Shown here: one piece after another, positions 53,231-64,000 of the stretch
Numbering within the stretch: position 1 is the first letter of the stretch
How the letters are laid out: the number at the start of each line of letters is the position of its first letter
Assembly (NCBI GenBank): GCA_000934665.2
Contig: JYFJ02002012.1
Location: 1-64,000 of the forward strand
Reading direction: 5' to 3'
Source: Catajapyx aquilonaris
Lineage: Eukaryota
DNA length: 64,000 nucleotides
Program-made: the position numbers and the translations under genes
Notes under the pieces: model-generated
Told to the model about the DNA's origin: nothing
Database searches by the model: none
The model's input: only the letters and a program-made list of their open reading frames with translations

Positions 53231-54441
53231 ATGGTCATGCAATAAAAACCTGTTTAGTTTAAACTTTTGCCCAAGAGAAAGCACAAGAAAGATGTGCCAC
53301 CAAATTTTATCAAACAACACTGTGTGATGTATTAGATGGCACATTAATTGAAAATAAATAAAACGCAAGTGGTTCGCAAAATGAAGATATTATCAATTTA
53401 TATGCATATAAAGATTCTCTGCACCATAAACTTTTCAGGTGAGCTAGAAACATTGCTAGGAACAATTTCCTTTTACGTGTTTAAGTAACACTTTGTAAAC
53501 ATCGAAGCAGTTTATGAAAGGTGCATTGTGCTCACTAATGAATGAAATGGCCACCGAATTGCTGAGAAAATCAGGTTATTATGAATCATCGCGCTACGTA
53601 AGACATTTTCCTGTTCATGATAAGTCTGCATGAAATGTCTAGAAAGCGTCATTTATTTTAGGTGTCCCTTGCTACAAATCGCCCGCTTATCGAATATTTG
53701 CTGAGTGATAACCTCGAATTCTTTCCTTGAGATAACCATGCAGGTAAGTTTGATTGTGAGCTTCAACAGGCTACGTATGAGTGTATTAAGAACTGTTTTA
53801 TGACTAATCAGGACTCCAACACTACACTATTCAGTTGCAAAGAACTGATTGTAATTCAGACTTTCAAATGGCCCATACTTTATCCATAGATATCAGTGAT
53901 AGTTCCGGAATGAGTCAGTCGGAAAAACTACTCCACAGGTGTGACTAGTCCAGTTGGCATGAATGCGGAGGAGTCTAAAATGTATGTGATAAGTTATCAA
54001 CCGTGGAGTCACCTTCTTATCTACCTATTCGAGGCTACATGAGCAACAGACAGGAACTGAAACTATTGTCAACGCAATATTCTTCCCAATAAAAATCGTT
54101 TCACAACTTGTCGCAAGATCAGTTTCATGCTAAAAGCATGCTTTAGTCATGATTAATTGATATAACCCTGTAGTTCTGAGCAGATTTTTGCCTAAGAAAT
54201 ACCAAAGATAAGATGAATATTTTGTCTACAATACAGCTCTTTTTCACATAATATATCTCTACATTAATATTGTCAAAAATTGACGCTGAAAAATGTAATC
54301 TGCGGATGGTCATCTGTAAACTGTAATACTAATTGCTGATGCTATACTAAACTGCACAAAATGTTAATGGTTGTATTAGTGGTCCAGCTTACAAGTTAGT
54401 GTAGACTACTAGCCATAAATATATAACGACAAACTTGTGTC

Positions 54442-54529
54442 ATGTAGTCGCCTTAGAACAGATGGATGGATGGATGTGACAATATTGTGCATCCGCAATA
54501 TTCATGCATCCGTTCCAAGGCGACTACAT
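54442..54529. mobile_element. Very short MITE-like inverted repeat
   Basis: ATGTAGTCGCCTTAGAAC ... GTTCCAAGGCGACTACAT. Confidence 0.55.
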
Positions 54530-54910
54530 AACACTATGTACTCATACTAGTGCGGAAATAACCAAGTGGCACTACATAAATAGTATCAAACACGCCAGAA
54601 GCATAACGTATCTCATAGTATCAGGATAACATCAAGGTAAGCTTATCAAAAGCGACGTTGCCAGCCATTGGCACCGACGCCCACCTGTATCACGTGACTG
54701 TGGACTATGCACCTTCTGAAGAGGTTGGTTCAGCCCCAGCTATAGCCAGAAGGCCACAAACCTCGGTGAGATTGAAGCAGTAGGATTTCCACTCTCGGTG
54801 CAGCTTTACAAAGTATCTGCAGGCAAGAAAGCAACTCATACCCGAAAGTGAATAGTGGTTTGTCAAAGACTGTATAGGTGGACCGACAAGTGTCGGCAGC
54901 ATCCACCATC

Positions 54911-57900
54911 ATGAAGCTGTTGTGCCTAGGACTGCTCTTTTGGGCGGGTCTGCACTCGGCCATCGCCAAGACAGGCAAGTGTTTCCATTGCATGTTTTTC
55001 GCAAACGTATACTATTTCAACTTTACCATCGAAACTTAGAACTTATGCTATACAATGAAGCTTGATTGATACTGAAAGAAATTATGACAAGCATTTTAAT
55101 GAGTACAAGTAGGTGCTGGTATTTGAAAACCCAATTAATTATCCTGCTAAATACACACAGAAATTTGTATCTTTATTTGCACTTTGTCTTAGTGTCTTAA
55201 TATTGTATAGTTATGGTTGGGGGATTGAATTTTAATTTTCAAATTTGGTCATCTTTTTTGGGCGGACAAAAGCAGATTTTCAAGTTGGGTAATGGAGTGC
55301 AAATACGGATCCAGTGGTGCCTTATTGGTGTACCTGAATGTGGCAACAATTTAACGAACTATCCGCTATCGGCGCCTAAAAAAGCGTTTGTCAAACACTG
55401 ACTCACTGATAGTGACTTGGCAACTGTAATCACCAAGATTGTGCGTCTGTTTGCATTCGCTTTCTACGAGGAGACAAAAAACGGTTACAAGCCCAAAATA
55501 CAACATTGGTGTCCCTCAACTTATTTGTTATGGAATGTATTACTTTATGAACATAACTGTATCAATACGTATGATATGCGCATGTATGCAAACATTATTG
55601 CAATGTACCAGTTTGTGCAAAAAGATTCAGACAAGTGGTTCGAGGTTTTACTGTTTCATCCTTCATTGGATGAGTAATATTTTCCAAACCATTTTCGTGA
55701 ACCTAGCCAGCTCTAAATCGAAAAGTCAACCTATCATTATTTATCTGCCTTTGTGCGATTATTCGTGAACTTCTTACAGATAAACCAAAAGTCAATTATC
55801 ACTTACCTTGAGTAAAATTCTGGTCTGGCTATTCAACTGTGAATCTGACTAATACTGAATTCTCCATCAGACTATATGTCGGCAGCAGCCAGAGATGACA
55901 CCCCCTATGTTCTGACCCCTCAAGAACTGGCCAGAATTAGGGCCGAATTCATGTACCCCTTCTCGGACCAAGGTCCTCCAGAAGGTCACGGAGACTGGAT
56001 GAACAACATAAAAGACACAAACCCACAGATCAACCAACAACTCAATTTCCTCTTCCCATTCTACGGATTTGGATACAACTACACCTGGGTACGGAAAAGT
56101 ACTCCAACTTTATAGTACATGAACATAATCCTGTGGTTGTCTATTGGCAGGTGTCTCTCAATGGATTCTTAGCATTCAGTGACTCTCCAGACATATTCAC
56201 GTACCCTCTTAACTTTCCGATGAAAGATTGGCCTTCAGTGAACGACCCATCCTTCATAGGACCGTGGTTCAGCAGGTGTAGCATTGGAAAACAAAAAGGT
56301 GTTGAGGCAGACAGACGACGACCTGGAGTGTACTTCCGGTAAGTAATGAGGGTAATGAGACACACACCACAAATATTTTTAACATATATATTTTCGCAGT
56401 TTGGAGCGTGATTTGCCTAAACGAGTGGACAAGTTTGGTGTCCAGCTTAGGGAACGTCTTAAGTGGGACTTGAGAGAATCGATGATCGGAACTGAGGCTT
56501 TTGAACCTCGACATTCCTTCATTACCACCTGGAAAAATGTCACGTTTGCTGGAGGTTACCGATCTCAAGAGGTGGTAAGTATCGTCTTAGCACTGCTGTT
56601 GCGGTATGACTCTTGAGTGTTTTTGTCGTTTTTCAGACCAACACCTTTCAGTCCGTACTCACTACGGATGAGATCCGTACTTATGTCATTTTCAACTATC
56701 AGTTCATTGAATGGACAACTGCCACTGAAGCTGGAGGAGATATCAACAAGGGTTTGGGAGGCACCCCCGCTTTCGTGAGTGTCTAGTATTTTTCAACTCA
56801 TTTTAACACAAAAAATAGTACCAACAAAATACTCGTTTATTTTTGTGGCACAGATCGGATTTAATGCTGGAAATGGAACTAGATCCTACGAATACAAACC
56901 ATTTTCACAAACGGCCAAGATCATGGACGTACTCACCACTGGAAATGCGAACGGATTCCCTGGTCGACATGTGTTCAGAATTGACGAAAACATCTTATCT
57001 GGAGTTTGCCGTCCTGACTACTGTAAGTGACACGTAATATTTTTTGACTATGAGTGTCATTCAGCTGTCCATGAATTTTTCCCATTATTTTCATTATTTG
57101 GTTGATTGCTTCATACTACTTTCTGTCACAGATCTTACGAATCTGCCCTTGACCTTCGCCCCAGAGAATGGCAACATGCTGGGTGGAACATTGGTCAACA
57201 TATCTGGGCCTTGCTTCAAGCCAAACATGAGGGTCAATTGCAGGTAGGTAACACTTTGTATGACATACCCTCTACTTCAACTAACATGCAACATCCTCTC
57301 AGGTTCTACACGACGGAGGTGACTGGATGGGTTTTTGATCAGAACAGAGCTGCATGCATCATGCCACGAGTCTACACTAATGGGTACATCGACTTCGCTG
57401 TTGCTATCGACGGAGGCCCATACTACTGGAAAGGACGTTTTCTAGTTGGTAAGTCCCGATTAATAACAGTACAAAGATCCAGATTCATGCTGTTTATGTT
57501 TGTGCAGAAACTCCACTGACAACCCATGACATGATATGGTTCCAAACTGACGACGTACAGTTAAAAAATCCGACATCATTTCAAATCAACTGGGACATTG
57601 GGAACTTGACGCAGAATACAAACGCGCGGGTGCAAATATCGCTATGGGGCTATCGAGAAAAGACGATCAGACCAGAAATCGTCTATATTGACACCCTAGT
57701 ACCTGGTACTGCCAATATTGGTAAATATACCTTGACAATGTCAGACTACGACACCAAGTACAACACGGACCTGCTGGACCTCGATTTCGGTTTCATCCAG
57801 ATCAACATCACAAATCCTCAGTCAGAGTTGAAAACATCCATATCTCCGTGAGTATACCGGTACATCTCTCGATTGGAATCATGCATGATGGGTTCGATGT

Positions 57901-60900
57901 TCCGCAGGCAAATCTGGAGCAAGCCCATACCACTGGCCTGGTATTTCCGAAGACAGTGGGAGAGGCAGCTGGGGTACGACTGGGTGGTGACCAAGTGTTT
58001 CAACTGGATCTACAGGGATCGTAGCTACCGAAACTTCGCAGGTGCACTGCCAATGTGTCCATGTCTTTTGCGTCAGGCTGTGGCTGACAAAGGACGGTAT
58101 GCACCTGACTTCTCCTGTGACAAGGACGGGAACAGCAATTGCTACTACCATCAAGGAGCCAGACATTGCGTCAGGACAGGGCTGCCAAAGTACGTTGATA
58201 ACAATAAATAACTATAAGCACTACTACAACTAAGTGACCATTTTCAGCACTGACGGTGCCGGACAGCAATGTTGCTACGACAAAGACAATTACCTGATGA
58301 TGACTTCGGACAATATGTGGGGAGGTAACCCTCAGAGAGTGCATAATATCGGTATCCTCCCATGGAATGAAGTCGGAAAGGTGCCTTCTCTGTCATACTG
58401 GTACCAAGATATGATTGCCTTCTACATGTGCTGCATGTGGCAGTCGGAGCAGTCTGACTCTTGCATCAGGTACCGGTTCGAGCGACGTGCATCTCAGGAC
58501 TGCAGAGGGTACCAACCACCCGCTGTCGGTAAGGCATTGTTAAACCCCAACGACAACGATGTCCGTGTGTACACAGCTTTAACACAGTCAATGTCTTTCA
58601 AGCCGCTGTCTTCGGAGATCCCCACTTCTACACCTTCGACAACCTGCAGTACACGTTCAACGGCAAAGGAGAATTCGTACTGACTCGTGTCAACACTGCC
58701 TCGATGCGTTTGGATGTGCAGGCAAGATTCGAACAAGTGCCACGAAATTTCTACGGGCCTGTGGGTGGTACGACTCTCACAGCCGTTGTCGGTACGTGCC
58801 ATCATATATCCGTACTGTTCACTGTACTAATCAAATTTTTTTAAAAAAATTGAACAGCTAAGGACAACTCTTCGACCCAAGTGGAGGTTCGACTTCGACC
58901 TCTGGTAGCTCGCTGGAGGTACAATCTTGATGTTATTGTCGATGGACAGCGCACGTACTTTGACCGACCACCGCAGAAGATCCAGTACTTCAGAGGTTTG
59001 TGATCTGATATTTTTTTTCGAATTTGAGACATAAGATGTTGTTTTTGGGTCTCAGGAGTGACTGTGTACACTCCAAGCAACATCCTGAACCAGAGTCAAG
59101 TGGTCATTATGTTCCCGACTGGAGCAGGAGTTGAAGTAGTCGAGAACATGGGACATATGACAGCCCGTGTGTACTTGCCAATGGAATTTGTGGTGAGTTG
59201 AACTCTAAAGTTAGGTTCACACGGACATTGTTGTCATTATTTGAGTCGTTTTGTGTAAATTAACATTGAGTCTGTTCGTTTCAGAACAAAACGTTAGGAT
59301 TGCTCGGAAATTGGAGTTATGACGTTACAGACGACTTTACGTTACCGGATGGGACAAGAGCATCGACTAGCAATCCGCAGGATAGTTTACAGACTGTCCA
59401 TGACAACTTTGGAATGAAATGTAAGTCGACTCATGAGCTGAATATACTCGTACTCTAAAAGAAAAGGGTGAAGAATTTAAAAAAATTGTACATGGTACAT
59501 ATTATTGTTTTTTCATTGCATACATTTTTCAGGGGTACTGGACGATAAGGAGGATCCGCAGAAAGGAAAGTCTCTATTCTACCACGACGCAAATCGTCCA
59601 TCCACATTCTATTACGACAAGGACTTCAGGCCAGAGTTTAGAACACGACCTGAAGATATTCTACCTAAGAATGTGTACGTATTATAATTCTATGCTTATA
59701 CCCAGTTGGACACACCAATATAATAATTTTGCTCAAAATACTCAGAACCGTGACTGCATCTGACGTCCGAGATTTTTGCGGAGATTCGTACCAGTGCCAG
59801 TACGACTTCTCGGTCACTTTGGACAAAGATCGTGCCTTCTACTGCAAGTACTACCAGGACAATTACGTCAACATCAGGTTCCTCAACTTGGCTTATGGTA
59901 TTAAAATTGATAAAAAGATTTTCTAAAAAATATAGAGCGGGATTTTTTAAAACAATAAACCTAAATGGTGTCTGGTGTATTGATGACCTTTTTCCTGCAG
60001 TGGTGTCGTGCGGGTCACTGACGACCCCCAAGCATGGTCGAAAGAGTACCTACGCCTTCATCCCCAACACCATGGTGAAGTTTGATTGCGACCCCGGATA
60101 TCTTCTGGTTGGAGACAGACGACGCTGGTGCTACGCCACTGGAGAGTGGAACATACCCGATAACGGTCCAGCTCGATGCATCTGTAAGTATTTTCGTAGC
60201 AATGTAAAGTTCTGTACATTTTCGTGGTGTCATCAATGTTTGACTTCCCTCATGACATCCTATCCAACCCCAACCTCCATTAGCCTCGGCCGACTACCAG
60301 GCCCAACAAGCAGGTATCGCCACCGGAATAGTGATGGCCGTGTTGATCCCAGTGATCCTCCTGGGTCTGGCCATCTACATAGTGTTACAACGTCGTCGAT
60401 CCGAGGACACATTCATCAATCCTTCCCGACAGACCCCTCGAACCTCAACCCCTCGTCCTGCATACCCCATGAAGGAAGTAGACAGCAGCACAGCCAGCGT
60501 TGACCCATCCCGGTCACTCAACACCAGCAGGACCAGCCTCGATTCCAATTGCTCAGGAAAAAAGAAACGCAACTACGATCGTGTCTACTACACACACGAA
60601 CCTCTGCCTGGAAAGGACAATACAGACGGGTTCGAAGGCAAGGACTGGGATATCGGAGAGGAAACTACGGCTTAATAGCTGGAAATATATACACATTTTT
60701 ATTCTTGATAACACAATATAAATTACATTGTATGGATAGCTTGTAACTGCCTAGGTCGACATGACCCATTCATTTAGATTGGCTGCTGTAGGACGGAAGA
60801 GCAATACCTGTTCGTTAAGGATGATTTGAAACGGAGAGGTATTACGCACCTGACCAGTGACTAGTTTTGTGACTGTTTTTTTTTTAAAAAAACTGATTGT

Positions 60901-61783
60901 GTACAGACCTCCAGGAATTAATAAAAAGGAGGAAATCAAAAGAAAGGTTTCCGTTCCACAGCGGCGTTAAAAGGGTCAGTTTTAAATATTTATAGTCCTT
61001 CCCAGGCAAGGTACCTTACACATATTGCGTTTATAACGAACCAAAAATAGGCGATTGGAAATAGAGGCTTGTCTTGCCGGTGTGGAATAGAAATCTTTCC
61101 ACGATTGTTCCTTCCAATGAAAACTATATGGAAAGCTTTCATTTCGAGTCATCACTTCCTCTTTCCCGCACTCATGACATCAATCCAGCAGTGGCCTCGT
61201 GGCTTGCATTGACTTCAGAATATGATAGGATAATGCTCTAATATTCCTACACAGCGAGTGCTGACTATGCGGCTCAACAGGCTGGAATATCTACTGGAAT
61301 AGTGATGGCCGTGGTAATCCCAGTGATTATTATCGGCGTTTTGGTGTACATCAGGTGCCGCCAAATACAACTTGAGCGATCCGGTAGCCACTACATAGAA
61401 AACCCAAGGTGAGCAATACATTTTGCCTTATAAAAATTAATGTAAAGCGAATAACCAAGTTCAAGCTGAAGAACGTCAAATTATATCCAGTTGTAATGAC
61501 ACAAATCAGGATAAATATCCGATTAATTTGTCAAGCAATATTTACACAAAATTAACTTATGTTATTTTTTTTTTGCCTTGCGTTTACACATCTGTCAATT
61601 AGAACAGGCTGGGTTTCTATTGAAAATAATTACAATATGTCACATATTTAACGTGTTTTGTACGACAGATACCGTCCACCACCTGTGCAAGAGATTAGCA
61701 AGACAGGCATCGAATTGGAGCCAACCGTCGAGAAGAAGAGCTCTCCCAAGGAGATGAACATTAGGAAAGAAACGGAAGCGTAA
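54911..61783 (+). CDS. mesh: Protein mesh (SUSD2/MUC4-like NIDO-IPT-AMOP-vWD-Sushi type I membrane protein, smooth septate junction)
   Basis: Signal-peptide exon 54911-54974 (GC donor), then exons 55871-56088, 56151-56338, 56400-56574, 56637-56774, 56854-57022, 57132-57243, 57303-57448, 57508-57847, 57908-58189, 58248-58528, 58603-58791, 58858-58995, 59056-59192, 59285-59420, 59533-59674, 59746-59897 and 60001-60183. It ends with 60284-60675 or 61255-61408+61669-61783. Motifs [57 protein letters not shown] and CDPGYLLVG. Confidence 0.92.
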
Positions 61784-63386
61784 AAAGTGTTTAGCAACAC
61801 TCAATTTTTTTAGAGACATGCAAGTGCGTCATAAATTCACCTCTTTAGTGAAGCAGTGATTAACTGCCCGGTGAATGCTCACATCATTCAGTTACGTATT
61901 TTTAGCAACAATAGATATCATTTAGGTAGAGTCTGAATTTTTGACCGCAATGTATAACTTTCACTACGATTTTCTGTTGTTACATTATTACTCCCTTTTT
62001 TAAGCTACAGTGATTACATGAATAAGTTCAAAGGTACCCGTTGGTAAAAGTTGTCATTATGTATTGTATTGGAATTGAATATAAATAAATGATTTGTGAA
62101 TGAGTGTTTTATGTAAACAAAATTACAGGATGGGTACGAAATGATTACAGACATTGGATTGGCAAGAATAATACTGTATTTAAATACAGTACCGTCTGAA
62201 TCCTTGACGCCTGTAAGGTATGCCACCCGTGATACAAGTGTGCTGTTGCATATCATTCAGGATGAGAAACAGATTTGCTTCCGCTGCCATTAGCGTTGAC
62301 TTTTCGAGAACAAATCGACACTTCAAGTAAGCATACCTCAAGCCAAGACGAACGAAGTTGTTTATAGGTACGTATATTTAGTTTTGATTTTCCCCCTGGA
62401 TCCTTTTTTTTTTGTTTTTGTTTTTTGTTTTTTAAATACTAGTATGATTTGTTGCATGGAACTTACAATTAGTTTAATGCATGTGTGATGAGGCCCAAAG
62501 TAATGCCTTACAACCTACTCATTAGAATACCGGTACTATAAAAGGACGCCATTTAATTGTAAGAGTTGTGAAGAAAAGGTATTTAATTACACTTGATACT
62601 CTGACACACCATTGCATTGTGTTTATCCTAGTCTTGATCTTTGCAACAAATCACTTAACATTCCAAATGGCATGTGACTACAGAGAATGTAGCAGAATGT
62701 ACCGTAGTTTGCTTTCCAGAAGTCATTTCAACTGTGTGTGTCAGTTGAATAAAAATAGTGATAATTTATGTTTGGAGCATGCCAAACAAAGGTTTCATAA
62801 AAATTATCACTTTTAATCATTAATTCAGGGAAAATGTTATGCATTTGAATATCAAACATTCAGGATGACATTTCCAGATTTCTTCCTGCTTGGCTTCCAT
62901 AGTGGACTCACTTTGTTTGGGGCAAGATGACTGACATTTGGCTCTTTACTGATGCTATTTTAACTCGAAGGTCAAACCTCTTTTGATAAGAGCTACTGTA
63001 CATTATATAAATCACCACGATATCTGGATGTCCACATTATCAAAGAACCTTGGCTTTGTAGACTCAACCATGCCATTTTATTTGCATGAACACTACACCT
63101 GCATCATAAGTAGAGGGTGGATAGTTATGTTTTTACACATATTTTTCCTCTGTATGCACGAGGGCGTGATTTGTACGAAAATCCTAATCATGACATCTGG
63201 AGTCCAAAAAAGTGGGTTTTATTTTGCATATAAAAGAATATTTCAAGCTTAACGAGATATTTTGGCTCTAGCAACATATTTGGAATATTTCACACTTTTT
63301 CCTTCATTAATCTTGTTATCTACGTATTTCTATTCAAATTATGTCAGGTCCTGCAAAAAAATCATGGCTGGAATATCGTAAACAAT

Positions 63387-63620
63387 ATGGCTGAGATCCT
63401 GCGCAGGCACTCTGCAACTGCGGTGCCTGAGATATACACTCACCAGCATGTCTCCATGGTTAAGTTCGCACCAATAACCACATGCGATGTGGAGAGGTCA
63501 TTTTCCACTCTCAAGGCCACTCTCAGTGAGAGAAGGCAGCAATTGACTGCATCAGATTTGGAACAAATAATTGTCTCGCATTGCCAATTCAATGAAAGTA
63601 GTGAAATTGAAGACTATTGA
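63387..63620 (+). mobile_element. hAT-type transposase C-terminal (dimerisation-region) remnant
   Basis: KFAPITTCDVERSFSTLKATLSERRQQLTASDLEQIIVSHC resembles the hAT C-terminal 'P.TS..VERSFS' motif. No upstream coding continuity is visible. Confidence 0.7.
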
Positions 63621-64000
63621 TGAAGTTGTGATTAAGTTGTGATGTTACTACTGTAAGAAATAAACCTCTTGTGTGAGATAAAGTCTAAAGTCCATGGCAC
63701 ATAATTTGTATGTATTTATTTTTCAGGGTAATGCAAGAATAAATCGCGAATTGTACACTGGTTTTAGAGAATATTTGAGAGAATATTGTGCCCTCTAATC
63801 ATAAGCAAGGTTCTGCTGACAAGATTTATGGAGATGGATGGATATACAAGGCAGAGCTATAGCAAGAATCTTGTGGTATCACACATACACATGGATTTTG
63901 CCGCAAGCTCATTTTTTCCCCATTGTCACCACTATTAGTCCAGGTCTCATACATACATCCATTAATTGTACCAAAGATTATGCACTAATTTCACATATAC

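Overview
AT-rich, intron-rich eukaryotic DNA from an arthropod, probably a crustacean (inferred from a mesh gene and a crayfish-type ferritin IRE). In order, the window holds the polyQ-rich last exon of an unidentified gene and a spliced gene built from the N-terminal part of a DNA-transposase (Sola1-like). Next come glucosamine-6-phosphate deaminase with duplicated last exons, and a ferritin H-type gene with an atypical IRE, divergent from a TSEN54-like gene. These are followed by an intron-containing Harbinger/HARBI1-like gene, a tandem array of five SLC22/Orct-like transporters plus a pseudo-exon, and mesh (NIDO-IPT-AMOP-vWD-Sushi) with duplicated transmembrane/tail exons. Many MITEs and transposon remnants (mariner, Tc1, piggyBac-like, hAT, SINE) are interspersed. 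The least expected items are a complete 6-exon, ~292-aa antisense gene of unrecognised family nested in one SLC22 intron, and two apparently domesticated transposase-derived genes. All gene models were assembled by eye from splice signals and reading frames; family assignments come from recalled motifs, not database searches.
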